A stretch of DNA of 64,000 bases from Eledone cirrhosa (Eukaryota). Positions 28,335 through 41,502 of this stretch are shown here, piece by piece. The stretch lies in the NCBI GenBank assembly GCA_964016885.1, contig OZ024747.1, forward strand, positions 44,082,001 to 44,146,000. The letters are read 5' to 3'. Each line of letters starts with the position of its first letter. Within the stretch, counting starts at the first letter, position 1. The position numbers and the translations under genes are program-made. Below the pieces are notes generated by a model that was not told the origin of the DNA, made no database searches, and saw only the letters and a list, made by a program, of their open reading frames with translations.

Positions 28335-29345
28335 TAAATTTAGTCCTTCATCAGTGATCTTCCAACCTTCATTGGTATTTCATCACTTTAAAGGCCATAT
28401 ACCTCTGGTTGGTGCGAGCAACGGCTAAAGAAAGTCGTTGGGACACGTAAATAGGGGGAACGAGCGAGACTGTAAACAATCAAAGAAGGTAATGCAACGA
28501 ATAGTGAGGAAGAAGGAGTCAAGTCCCAGAAATCGCTGAATATAAGTTCTGTGAAATCGTGGACGAGAGAGAATAAAGACCATCAAACCTAGTCGAAATG
28601 TGAGCAAGGAAAGAATTTCGCACAGGTCAAACGGGAGGAAGAAGGAGTCTAGTCCCTGAATTCTGTGAAATCGTAGACAAGAGAGCAAAAAAGGAACAAA
28701 ATTAGTCCTTCATCTTCCAACCTTCATTGGTATTTCATCGCTTTAAAAACCATTTCTTACCGCTTCCTCTTTCTCTGTATCTCTCACTTCCCTTTACCCC
28801 CTCTAACAATCACTCTCTCTGTTAGCCTCTTCCTCACCCTTCACTCACTCACTCTCTGCTACTCCCTCTCCTACTTCCTCCCGTTTGACCTGTGCGAAAT
28901 TCTTTCCTCGCCCACTTTGACCAGGCTGGTTGTTCCTTTTTTTCTCTCTTGTCTACGATTTCACAGAACTTATGTTCACCGAATTCAGGGACCAGACTCC
29001 TTCTTCCTCCCGTTTGACATGTGCGAAATTCTTTCCTTGCTCACATTTCGACTAGGTTTGATGGTCTTTATTCTCTCTCGTCCACGATTTCACAGAACTT
29101 ATATTCATCGATTTCTGGGACTTGACTCCTTCTTCCTCACTTTTCGTTGCATTACCATCTTTGATTGTTTACAGTCTCGCTTGTTCCCCCTATCTACGTG
29201 TCCCAACGACTTTCTTTAGCCGTTGCTCGCACCAACCAGAGGTATATGGTCTTTAAAGTGATGAAATACCAATGAAGGTTGGAAGATCACCGATGAAGGA
29301 CTAAATGTATTCATATGTAACCCATTTGCAACCACGCAGCACGTC
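28080..29345. mobile_element. Family-C (TA)n-flanked element with tandem partial copies and an inverted copy
   Basis: About 28335-28695 is the reverse complement of about 28935-29310. The ends gctgcg..ttgcaaatgggttacatatg / catatgtaacccatttgcaaccacgcagc are inverted. A fragment also lies at 42434-42525. Confidence 0.75.
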
Positions 29346-29350
29346 TTGTT

Positions 29351-29490
<140 letters not shown>

Positions 29491-29725
29491 GGAAAATCTG
29501 CTTCGTAGAATCAAGACGTATCTGAGAACCTTGCGATTTTCAGAGTCAGGTTCGATCATCACATCGATCGTGCCTCGAGCCAGAGAAACGATTGTAATAT
29601 GTCCAATAAATTCCATTCGTCGCAACACTGATTCTCTTTTTTTCTGTGATATCATACTCTGCTCTATGAGAGGATCGAGTGCTCATACGGCCTACCGCAT
29701 ACGGATGCTTTAAGCATCCAATACC

Positions 29726-29763
<38 letters not shown>

Positions 29764-29947
29764 CAGGATGGATTCATTTTAAAACTGGTTAGACCATTAC
29801 TCACCAGAGTACTCAATATTAGGGTAGTAGAGTATGGTTATTTTATAATGAGTCGGAACACCACGGCTAAGCACTTTCCGTTTCACCAGCAAGTTCCAGA
29901 CCCTTTATAATATATGTATATATAGAAAATATATAAATAAATATATA

Positions 29948-30370
29948 ATGGAAACTAAATTTATAAAACCATATTTATTCCATTATACATATTTCAAGGG
30001 CCACCAAGGCAAACTATGGTGCGCTTTCATCAGATAAAATATAATATAGGTTAGTTTTATAAATAAATATTGACATACCCTGAAAAAATGCAACCATTCT
30101 GGTTGGAATCTCCTGGTTGCATTTGTTAAGGGTATGTCAATATTTATTTATAAAACTAACCTATATTATATTTTATCTGATAAAAGCGCACCATAGTTTG
30201 ACTTGGTGGCCCTTGAAATATGTATAATGAAATAAATATGGTTTTATAAATATAGTTTCCATTTGTTAATATATTGTATATTTACTCCAATAATTTGTTG
30301 AGTGCTTTATATCAGTTATAAAAATATTTTGCTTGTTGTATCCCAACAAATTAAATATAACTTCTACATA
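29948..30370. mobile_element. Family-A fold-back element with hammerhead motifs on both strands
   Basis: Centre near 30105. The minus-strand motif at ~29976-30041 has CTGATGA and GAAA intact. The plus-strand copy at ~30169-30233 reads CTGATAA. Confidence 0.75.
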
Positions 30371-30408
30371 AATAAATATATATATATATGTTTATATATA
30401 TGTTTATA

Positions 30409-30461
<53 letters not shown>

Positions 30462-30562
30462 GTTTTCCCCTAAAACCTTTTTGCCCGGTTTTTCGCCCTT
30501 ACTTTCATATTTCCTAAATTTCGTTTTCAAATCCATATTTACTAAAAACACCATGTTATTTA

Positions 30563-30624
30563 TTCATTCTGACGACTGAAGACTGATATAAATATCTGCC
30601 TTCAAGAAACCACTGGTAAATGAA
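30563..30624 (+). ncRNA. Type I hammerhead ribozyme motif (distinct family)
   Basis: ttcatt-CTGACGA-ctgaag..gatat/atatc..cttcaa-GAAA-ccactgg-TA-aatgaa: stems I, II and III can all pair, with a GUA cleavage triplet. Confidence 0.7.
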
Positions 30625-30650
30625 ATAATTATCTTATGTTGTTTATTACA

Positions 30651-30689
<39 letters not shown>

Positions 30690-30690
<1 letters not shown>

Positions 30691-31137
30691 AAAGTTTTAT
30701 TTAAGATTGTTGGGTTACAACGAGTAAATATTTTATAACTGATATAAAAGCACTCAACAGTTTCTGGAGTAGGTTTACGATATTAAACAAATGGAAACTA
30801 TATTTATAAAACCATATTTATTTCGTTATATATATTTCAGGGATATCATATTAAAAATATGGTATGCCTTCCTCAGACAAAATACAATACATAAGCTGTT
30901 TTATAAATAATGTTTGACATACCTTATAAATAATGCAACTTCCATTTAAAAAGTTGATCAACTTTTTAAATGGAAGTTGCATTATTTATAAGGTATGTCA
31001 AAAATTATTTATAAAACAGCTTATGTATTGTATTTTGTCTGAGGAAGGCATACCATATTTTTAATATGATATCCCTGAAATATATATAACGAAATAAATA
31101 TGGTTTTATAAATATAGTTTCCATTTGTTTAATATCG

Positions 31138-31140
<3 letters not shown>
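30690..31140. mobile_element. Family-A-related near-perfect palindrome with hammerhead motifs on both strands
   Basis: Centre aaaagttgatcaactttt near 30957. Plus-strand motif tattttgt-CTGAGGA-agg..cct-GAAA-tatata-TA-acgaaata at ~31031-31096. Confidence 0.75.
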
Positions 31141-31186
<46 letters not shown>

Positions 31187-31321
31187 GATTCACGATGGCA
31201 GTCTGGCAAATTTAGTTCAACAGAGTACCTGCAAAGAACCCGAACCTGGAGAATCCCGGTAGCGAAGCAAAACATATTAATTATGAAATCACCTACGCCT
31301 TTTGAAATACAGATAGTAGAA

Positions 31322-31571
31322 ACACAAACACACACACACACACACGCATACAACACACACACATACAACACACACAACATATACACACACACACACACAC
31401 ACAACACACACACACACAACACACACAACATAAACACACACACAACACACACAACACACACACCCAACACACTCACAACACACACAACACACAACACACA
31501 CACACACACAACACAGACACAACACACACAACACAAACACACACACAACACACTCAACACATACACACACA

Positions 31572-31626
<55 letters not shown>

Positions 31627-31916
31627 CACACACATCACACACACATACAACACACACAACACACACACACAACACAAAGACACACACAACACATACACAC
31701 AACACAAACACACACACAACACACACACACTCAACACACACACAACACACACAACACACACAACACACACACACAACACACACATCACACACACACACAC
31801 ATACAACACACACAACACACACAACACAAAGACACACACAACACATACACACAACACACACACACACACAACACACACAACACACACACACCCACACACA
31901 TACACAACAAACACAA
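31322..31916. repeat. Degenerate (CA)n/(CAA) simple repeat
   Basis: Direct reading. Confidence 0.9.
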
Positions 31917-32299
31917 ATATACAAAAATACTATTATTGCATGAGTGACAATGGAAATGCTTGTAATTTTTTTTTTTTTTTTACTTTACTTTTCTTATCTT
32001 TTGTTGTTTTTGTTGTTCTTAATTTTCTTCTTTTCTTTCTCACTCCTGTCGTTGGTTTTCTTATTCTTCTATATTACGAAAATAATCAAGGTCAGTCTGC
32101 CTCCTAGAATTACATCATTTAATAGTGCTAGGCCAATGTAAAGCCCCGCATTTCTATTGCTTTTTCTGCAAACATATGCCTGCCAACTCTTCCAACGGTG
32201 GATCTATTTCATACAACATTCGTATCATATTTCCTTTGAATGGTGATGCAATAAACATTTCATGGCCGTCACTTCATAAATCCTAAACATAATGATGAC

Positions 32300-32413
<114 letters not shown>

Positions 32414-32589
32414 ATGTGTGTCTATACAAATATACATGTGTGTGAGTGTGTGTGTGTGTGTGTGCGTGCGTGTGTCTAATTTGGGAGAAGGATAAAGTTG
32501 ATTAAATCAACATTAGTACTATTTTATTCACCTCAGAAGGACAAACGGCAAAGTTTATTTCGGTAGGAGATGAACTCTGAACAAATAAT

Positions 32590-32990
32590 AGTTTCTTATA
32601 TAGGAACAAGGCCAGCAATTTGGGGAAAGTCGATTAAATCAACCCCAGTGAGTGACTTGTACTTTATTTTATCGACCCCCGTACGGATGAAAGGCAAAGT
32701 TTACCTCCTTGGGATTTGAACTCAGATGAAAAAGGGCCATAACTCTATGCTGCAAAGCATGGCATCTGACTGAAAGCTTATAGCTTTATGTCAGAGCATT
32801 ACTATCTCTATTGGTGGATTGGTAGTATCGGTAATGGGTCGGACGCCATGCTTTGCAGCATAGAATTACGTCCCTTTACGGTCTGAGTTCTAATCCTGCC
32901 GAGGTTAACTTTGCTTATCATCCTTACGGGGTCGATAGAATAAAGTACCAGTAATGTACTGGGTTAATTACTTGCCTTGTGCCAAAACAT
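32590..32990. mobile_element. Two tRNA-derived SINE copies in opposite orientation
   Basis: Same consensus as the 11898-12625 copies. Confidence 0.8.
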
Positions 32991-33058
32991 AAGAGTGAAA
33001 GCAGCGATTCTTTGCTTAAACTTTAATCTGTTATTTATATATATATATATATATATAT

Positions 33059-33278
33059 AAACAGATTATGTTTAAGTAAAGAATTGCTGCTTTAACCCTT
33101 AACGGGATCTTCTGAAACTTTCAGAAGATCCCGTTAAGGGTGAAAGCAACGATTCTTTGCTTAAACTCTAATCTGTTATGTTAATAAATATTTGCTCTAC
33201 GGTTCTTATATATTTGATATATATTTATCCTTATCGAGCCCTCTTTGGATTTTAGTCTTCAAATTTATTATTATTACT
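33059..33278. mobile_element. Family-D (TA)n-flanked fold-back element
   Basis: Palindrome cccttaacgggatcttctgaaa-c-tttcagaagatcccgttaaggg. Related copies are at 42242-42402, 43281-43350 and 57041-57165. Confidence 0.75.
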
Positions 33279-33297
33279 ATATATATATATATATATG

Positions 33298-33560
33298 CAA
33301 AGGGATATTTAATTTGTTGGTAATTCAACAAATATATATATTTATAACAGATTCGAAGCACTCGACAAGTTTTCTGAAGTATAATCTATCCAGGTAAAAC
33401 TTGAACCGTTAAGGTCTCATTCCTGGATATGTCTATATTTATAAAACAAACTTTGTATTTTATCTGAATAGAGCGTACCAAATGTTTGGTACCCTTGAAA
33501 TATATATAATAGAATAAATATGGTTTTATAAATATAGTTTCCATTTATTAATATCATTGA
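33298..33560. mobile_element. Family-A remnant with a degenerate hammerhead
   Basis: tattttat-CTGAATA-gagcgtacca..tggtaccctt-GAAA-tatata-TA-atagaata; the core box is mutated. Confidence 0.6.
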
Positions 33561-34547
33561 TATATATATATATATATATATATATCGAGATTATCTGAAA
33601 ATCTTGACAAAAATCTCTTTGATATATGTGGAGAGTAAGTGAACAGAAATGATGAGATTAAGAAAGTCATGTGTTACGGGATCTTTGGTATGGAATAGGT
33701 AGGTGGCTTGCTATCTGCACTAGTAGCCAATTGAAAAATAGAGGAATAGATAAATAATTTGCCGCAACAAAATATCGCTGTAAATGAAGTCTCATAAATA
33801 ACAAGGGAAATTATCAGATTTCGAAGGTGGCATTTACATTTGCTTTATTCCACTCTCTTCACTTCTCTGTTTTTGTTATACTGTATTTATAATGTTGTAC
33901 TTTTATTAGTCGTGCACAGTAAAACAAATATTATCTTAAATGATAAACATTATGTACATGTTAAATACCTGCGTAAAAATACTAAGGTTTAACAGTGCTA
34001 TCTCTAGAAAAGTCAGCTCAGACCACCAAATCCTAAGATACTCGCGTTCGTATTCGAAAGATGAAATATGGAGGTGTCTGGATGCAGAGACTATAAAAGT
34101 CTTAAATTGGCCTGCTCAGAAAAACGAAAGAATTTTCAAGACACAGTTCAGTAAATTGAAGTCAGAATCAGTGATGGTGCATATCTGTCTTTCAGCAAAC
34201 AGCTTAATGAGCCAGCGGTCATGCAGAGGAAAAAACATGAGGATTAGTTTACAACAAATGAACAACGAGTAGAAAGTCTTTTTGACAAGTTCTTCATGCT
34301 CGAAGGAAGGTGCAGATAAATATCCTTATGCTTCGATTTGAGAAAGACTGCGGATGCAAAAAACCAACAGTGTCCAGTAAAAAAAACATATGTTGCATAC
34401 TTATAACGTTTTAAGATTTCAGTTTAAATACCAGTTATCAGCTTTAGTATGTCATTGTTAAAAGAATGTTCCTGTATAACCCCATGTCAGCCTATATCGA
34501 GCAGACTTATGATGATCATATTTTTTATAAATCAAGGACAATATTTA

Positions 34548-34715
34548 ATTGCTTCTACTTTTGGCACAAGGCCAGCAATTACCCAGAACATTACTGGTAC
34601 TTTATTTTATCGACCCCGTAAGGATGAAAGGCAAAGTTAACCTCGGCGGCATTTGAACTCAGAATGGAAAGGGCCGTAACTCTATGCGTGTCCGACCCTC
34701 TATCGATACTGCCTA
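34548..34715 (-). mobile_element. tRNA-derived SINE
   Basis: Matches the SINE consensus in this window. Confidence 0.85.
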
Positions 34716-35572
34716 TATTTAATGTTTCAGAGTTGTGCTTGTTTTTTTAATGTATCAAGTGACTTAATCTGTGACGAAATTTTGAAGCTGAAACAATTAC
34801 TGCATGAAAGACATTTTAGCCATAAAGAAACACACAAACTCCGATTATTTTACTTGATATTTATCATTTCCTGGTGTCAAAGTTTTCTTTGCAATCTCAT
34901 TGAAAGGAACTGTGTCAATGGCCAAATCAAAGAAAATGTGACGAAACTTCTGACACCTGGAAATACATAATAAATATAAATAATTATCTATGTTCTTGTG
35001 TTTTTATGGCAATAGAAATTAAGCCCTAGTGTCAGAGATTCTTTCATGTAAAAATATATTAAGAAATCAATACCTACGCCAAATCCTCTGGTTTCATATC
35101 GCTGCGACATTACAAAAAAAAAGGACAAAATTACCAAACACATTTGGTGCAGTAAATGTAGTTAAATTATACAGAATTTAATACCTAAATAAATAAGATA
35201 TTTTATAAAAAGGGGAGATACAAAGGAGGTTAAATATTTTCAAGGTTTAATAACAACATTTGTCAAAGGTTTAGACAATCATATCAGTTTGAGATTGACT
35301 GAAAGAAACATAAGTTTACATTCCTATCACTGTTATAAATCTGTCTGATGCTAAGTATATGAAGATATAACTATGTATGTGCGAGCAAGTGTGTATGAGT
35401 AAATATAGACTTATATATGTGCATATAAGCATATGTTATACATGATTAAACACAGAAATAGTGTATGTAGTAAGCAGTCTTGTGCTATGATATTTACTCC
35501 TATGTCTTAATCTTCATGTTCTATGAACGAAAATAAACATTATATATAGATAGAGAGAGACAGAATGATGTG

Positions 35573-35635
<63 letters not shown>

Positions 35636-35883
35636 ACACTGATAGACGAATATACAGATGATTTTATAAGATTTAATCAGTAAAAGTAGCTGGCGCCTGA
35701 GGGTCTCCAGACATTTTTGCCACCTGCTTGATTATATAACATATATAATTTATTGATAACTAGAAGATATGTTATATATATTTCCGTGAAGGTATTGTAT
35801 GCTGGTATATGTATATTTATCTATCTATATACATATATGTGTGTGTGTGTGAGACAGAGAGAGAGAGAAAGAGAGATAGAGAA

Positions 35884-35948
<65 letters not shown>

Positions 35949-36605
35949 GTGTGTGTTCGTGATTTCGTAGATTGAGTGTGTGTATGTAGAAGACAGTATG
36001 AATATAGCATATTTTCTTTTTCATAAAATCTTATAATCAATTTGCTAAAACTGAATCTTTTGAAACCCGTCAGCCCCTATCTACTTTATTATTATATTAG
36101 CTGCACCCATTAAATTTGCCATAAATACTGTGTCAGGTAAAAATTATTTCCAGTTCGCGGCACTGCGCAAAACTCAGAGTTTCAGTAATATATATATTGT
36201 CCCTTCTTCTTATGTAGAATTCGCCTCCTGATGATAACATGTCAATTCTTCCAGTATATGGTTATTTAAATGCCTTGAAATTCCTACTGCAGTGTCTTTG
36301 AGTCTTTGAAACAAAGGTTGGGGCATTATATAACTTAAAATTGTCTTGTTTTACCCAATTTAACTTATATCCCCCTGTCAAAAAGTGAGATTTGGGCTTA
36401 AACTTAATATTATATATATATGTATATATAATAAAATTATATATATATATATATATTAAAATTATAAGTTTGAAGAACAGTCAGGTAAAATTTACCTAAT
36501 TTTTCTTCTTAGTCCGTAGAAATTTACTAGATAAATAATAATTTAAAGGTAGCCAACATATGTATGTATAATTATGTTTAGATGTATATATGTTCTTTGT
36601 GACTG

Positions 36606-36648
<43 letters not shown>

Positions 36649-37182
36649 GGTGTGTGCGTGGATGTGAGTGTGTGGGGGGGGGGGTATGTATGTATGTGTC
36701 AGGTCGCTCTCGAGTGCTACTGGTAACATGTAACCCAATACAACCTGTCTCATGGTCGGGTCGTCGGCGACTAAGCCGGCAACCCCACCAAGCTTGCTTG
36801 GTGAGGAGAGTGATATTTGGACACCCTGCGGGATGAAATACAAGGCCTCGCAAAGGGTGGAGGAACTCAGTAGAGTCAACGGCCATCCAAATAGAACAAC
36901 AACTTTCTAAGAGAGGCAAACTCTGAAAAAACTCTGCAGTTTTGAAAGCATCCGATGTTGTTAACCAGTTCTCTTTTCGGGTAGTATTTTCGGTGCTCGG
37001 AGAGTGGGATTGGCCGAGTGCATGGCCTTTTCCCACTTAAAAACCTTCAAACAGACATTGCTGGCCGTAGCCTAAAAGCGCACTATTTTCTGTAATCTGA
37101 CAAGCGATTGTAATACTCTTAGCAGAGTTTGCAGCCACCATTGATGTATGTATATATAATTATTTTCATTAATACTAACAAG

Positions 37183-37385
37183 AGCGGTGTATTGGTAGTA
37201 TATCGGATATTATGCTTTACTGCCATTTACGTTCTGAGTTCAAAATCAGCCCAGATTAGCTTTGCCTTTCATCCTTATGAAATCGATAAAATAAAGTACC
37301 AATAACGTACTGGGGTCGACTTAACCCACTATTCCCCTCCCCCAAAACATTGTTGGCGTTGTACCTAAATCAGAAACCATTATTC
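37183..37385 (+). mobile_element. Diverged tRNA-derived SINE
   Basis: gagttcaaa..tttgcctttcatcctta..aaagtacca motifs. Confidence 0.7.
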
Positions 37386-37913
37386 TTATTAATACTCCTT
37401 TTGGTTCTCTGTTCAGCCTCTCATTCTCTCTTCGTTACCAGTCTTGACATGAAAAGTGAAGGCACTTATGTTTTGCAAATCAAACGCATATGTTCTAAAT
37501 GATAATACAATTGGACTTTTCTTATTCATAGCACCAAATGCCGTCGTACGCGATTAACTTAAACATTTTATTCAAAGCTAAATAACTGTCATTTGTTGCT
37601 TATATAACATTTTAAAATGCGACTCTTAGCATAAAGCCAGCCATCTTCAGTTAGCATTTGCAAAACAGATGAAAGTTGTTCAATGTATAAAACCCCAGGT
37701 GTTGCATTGTATTGTGTTGTTGGTTGGCAAATCGCTTGTCAAAAATTTGACGATAGGCATATTTCTGATTATGGAAATTCTATGTAAATGAAATATATGC
37801 TTTCTAAGAAATTCCTTTATACTCTTTTACTCTTGTATCTGTTGCAGCCATCCGACTGAGACCATGCTGGGGCAACGCCTTTGTATATATAAATATACAA
37901 GTATATATTCTAA

Positions 37914-37978
<65 letters not shown>

Positions 37979-37982
<4 letters not shown>

Positions 37983-38168
37983 AAGGAAGTGTGGTAAAGA
38001 ACCAGATGGTCCATAACGCACCAGAGTACTCAATACTTAGGGTAGTAGAGTGGGTAATAGGAAAATGTTTGACCTCGACGGCAGAGCTCAAGCCGTTTCG
38101 ACGGCTATTTCAGAAATAACCGTCGAAACGGCTTGAGCTCTGCCGTCGGGGGCAAACATTTTCCTATT
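37979..38168. mobile_element. Family-B fold-back element
   Basis: Same start as the 7177 copy; fold centre near 38110. Confidence 0.8.
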
Positions 38169-38186
38169 CATATATATGCATATACA

Positions 38187-38246
<60 letters not shown>

Positions 38247-38328
38247 TGGTCAGGTAGCCCTCCATCTCTACGCCGCCTGCACAAAGCTGTGGATTGCCTC
38301 GGAAACGTAACTTAATTGTATAATGATA

Positions 38329-38405
38329 CCGTCTGATGAAATCGTGTGACTGGTTACCTGATTGAACAATCACGTAGCCACGATTTACATTGAAATGTGT
38401 CACGG
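38329..38405 (+). ncRNA. Candidate type I hammerhead ribozyme with a long stem II
   Basis: ccgt-CTGATGA-aatcgtg..cacgatttacatt-GAAA-tgtg-TC-acgg with a GUC triplet; stems I and III are short. Confidence 0.45.
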
Positions 38406-38471
38406 CTTTGTTAATAAGGGACTCTTTAACATCTACACAGAAGTCCGCATTTTCCTTATTCTCGATGAATA

Positions 38472-38538
<67 letters not shown>

Positions 38539-38829
38539 CAAATAACGAAACGAAATTAAATTTCGTTTCGTTTGTAACTCACTTTTGTATGACTGACGCT
38601 TAAACAATTAAGTTAAAAAGGTGTTCCCCCGAAAAACCAGTGTGACTCTAAAAACCGGTTTGTCTGTGTGTTTACATACAGAATAGCTGGGCCGCTCACT
38701 GTAAAGCGACCAGTGAAAGACTTGGTACACCTACATATGTATACGTGTGTGTATTCATATACACACTAGTATTTCAGTATGCATATGTAGATTTATATTT
38801 TTAACTTAATTGTTTATATATATATATAT

Positions 38830-39057
38830 ATTGGAATAAATGCTCTGAAATAGCGATATATATGTGAATATAGACATAGAATATTCGAAAATATTCTGTA
38901 TGTTTATAATAAACATTTTGAAGACCTAATCGCTATAGAATAGAATACGTCACGTATTACAATTAGATTCTCGATAAAAGCAAGGGAAGTAATCTACGCG
39001 TTTCATTCTCGTTAGAAATCATCAGGACTACATATCCAGTGCTTTTATCGAGAATGA
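38830..39057 (-). mobile_element. Inverted partial copy of the 310-bp unit, including its hammerhead
   Basis: Reverse complement of about 39142-39369, preceded by (TA)n. Confidence 0.9.
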
Positions 39058-41502
39058 ATTTCTAATTTCTGCCGGACCGGCAACCGCTCTTTCAAACCAG
39101 TTCCTGTACACAGCTAAGTATTCTATAAGTCTCTAGCTGTGTCATTCTCGATAAAAGCACTGGATATGTAGTCCTGATGATTTCTAACGAGAATGAAACG
39201 CGTAGATTACTTCCCTTGCTTTTATCGAGAATCTAATTGTAATACGTGACGTATTCTATTCTATAGCGATTAGGTCTTCAAAATGTTTATTATAAACATA
39301 CAGAATATTTTCGAATATTCTATGTCTATATTCACATATATATCGCTATTTCAGAGCATTTATTCCAATTTCTAATTTCTGCCGGACCGGCAACCGCTCT
39401 TTCAAACCAGTTCCTGTACACAGCTAAGTATTCTATAAGTCTCTAGCTGTGTCATTCTCGATAAAAGCACTGGATATGTAGTCCTGATGATTTCTAACGA
39501 GAATGAAACGCGTAGATTACTTCCCTTGCTTTTATCGAGAATCTAATTGTAATACGTGACGTATTCTATTCTATAGCGATTAGGTCTTCAAAATGTTTAT
39601 TATAAACATACAGAATATTTTCGAATATTCTATGTCTATATTCACATATATATCGCTATTTCAGAGCATTTATTCCAATTTCTAATTTCTGCCGGACCGG
39701 CAACCGCTCTTTCAAACCAGTTCCTGTACACAGCTAAGTATTCTATAAGTCTCTAGCTGTGTCATTCTCGATAAAAGCACTGGATATGTAGTCCTGATGA
39801 TTTCTAACGAGAATGAAACGCGTAGATTACTTCCCTTGCTTTTATCGAGAATCTAATTGTAATACGTGACGTATTCTATTCTATAGCGATTAGGTCTTCA
39901 AAATGTTTATTATAAACATACAGAATATTTTCGAATATTCTATGTCTATATTCACATATATATCGCTATTTCAGAGCATTTATTCCAATTTCTAATTTCT
40001 GCCGGACCGGCAACCGCTCTTTCAAACCAGTTCCTGTACACAGCTAAGTATTCTATAAGTCTCTAGCTGTGTCATTCTCGATAAAAGCACTGGATATGTA
40101 GTCCTGATGATTTCTAACGAGAATGAAACGCGTAGATTACTTCCCTTGCTTTTATCGAGAATCTAATTGTAATACGTGACGTATTCTATTCTATAGCGAT
40201 TAGGTCTTCAAAATGTTTATTATAAACATACAGAATATTTTCGAATATTCTATGTCTATATTCACATATATATCGCTATTTCAGAGCATTTATTCCAATT
40301 TCTAATTTCTGCCGGACCGGCAACCGCTCTTTCAAACCAGTTCCTGTACACAGCTAAGTATTCTATAAGTCTCTAGCTGTGTCATTCTCGATAAAAGCAC
40401 TGGATATGTAGTCCTGATGATTTCTAACGAGAATGAAACGCGTAGATTACTTCCCTTGCTTTTATCGAGAATCTAATTGTAATACGTGACGTATTCTATT
40501 CTATAGCGATTAGGTCTTCAAAATGTTTATTATAAACATACAGAATATTTTCGAATATTCTATGTCTATATTCACATATATATCGCTATTTCAGAGCATT
40601 TATTCCAATTTCTAATTTCTGCCGGACCGGCAACCGCTCTTTCAAACCAGTTCCTGTACACAGCTAAGTATTCTATAAGTCTCTAGCTGTGTCATTCTCG
40701 ATAAAAGCACTGGATATGTAGTCCTGATGATTTCTAACGAGAATGAAACGCGTAGATTACTTCCCTTGCTTTTATCGAGAATCTAATTGTAATACGTGAC
40801 GTATTCTATTCTATAGCGATTAGGTCTTCAAAATGTTTATTATAAACATACAGAATATTTTCGAATATTCTATGTCTATATTCACATATATATCGCTATT
40901 TCAGAGCATTTATTCCAATTTCTAATTTCTGCCGGACCGGCAACCGCTCTTTCAAACCAGTTCCTGTACACAGCTAAGTATTCTATAAGTCTCTAGCTGT
41001 GTCATTCTCGATAAAAGCACTGGATATGTAGTCCTGATGATTTCTAACGAGAATGAAACGCGTAGATTACTTCCCTTGCTTTTATCGAGAATCTAATTGT
41101 AATACGTGACGTATTCTATTCTATAGCGATTAGGTCTTCAAAATGTTTATTATAAACATACAGAATATTTTCGAATATTCTATGTCTATATTCACATATA
41201 TATCGCTATTTCAGAGCATTTATTCCAATTTCTAATTTCTGCCGGACCGGCAACCGCTCTTTCAAACCAGTTCCTGTACACAGCTAAGTATTCTATAAGT
41301 CTCTAGCTGTGTCATTCTCGATAAAAGCACTGGATATGTAGTCCTGATGATTTCTAACGAGAATGAAACGCGTAGATTACTTCCCTTGCTTTTATCGAGA
41401 ATCTAATTGTAATACGTGACGTATTCTATTCTATAGCGATTAGGTCTTCAAAATGTTTATTATAAACATACAGAATATTTTCGAATATTCTATGTCTATA
41501 TT

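Noticed and set aside
28335-28395. CTGATGA on the minus strand of family C as a hammerhead
   Set aside because: There is no correctly placed GAAA box or closing stems.
33940-34272. Possible Tc1 transposase remnant (SVMVHICLS resembles SVMVWGC)
   Set aside because: Only one weak motif, with no TIRs or DDE residues identifiable.
36695-37075. GC-richer block possibly from a LINE 5' UTR or another SINE
   Set aside because: No diagnostic motif could be verified by eye.
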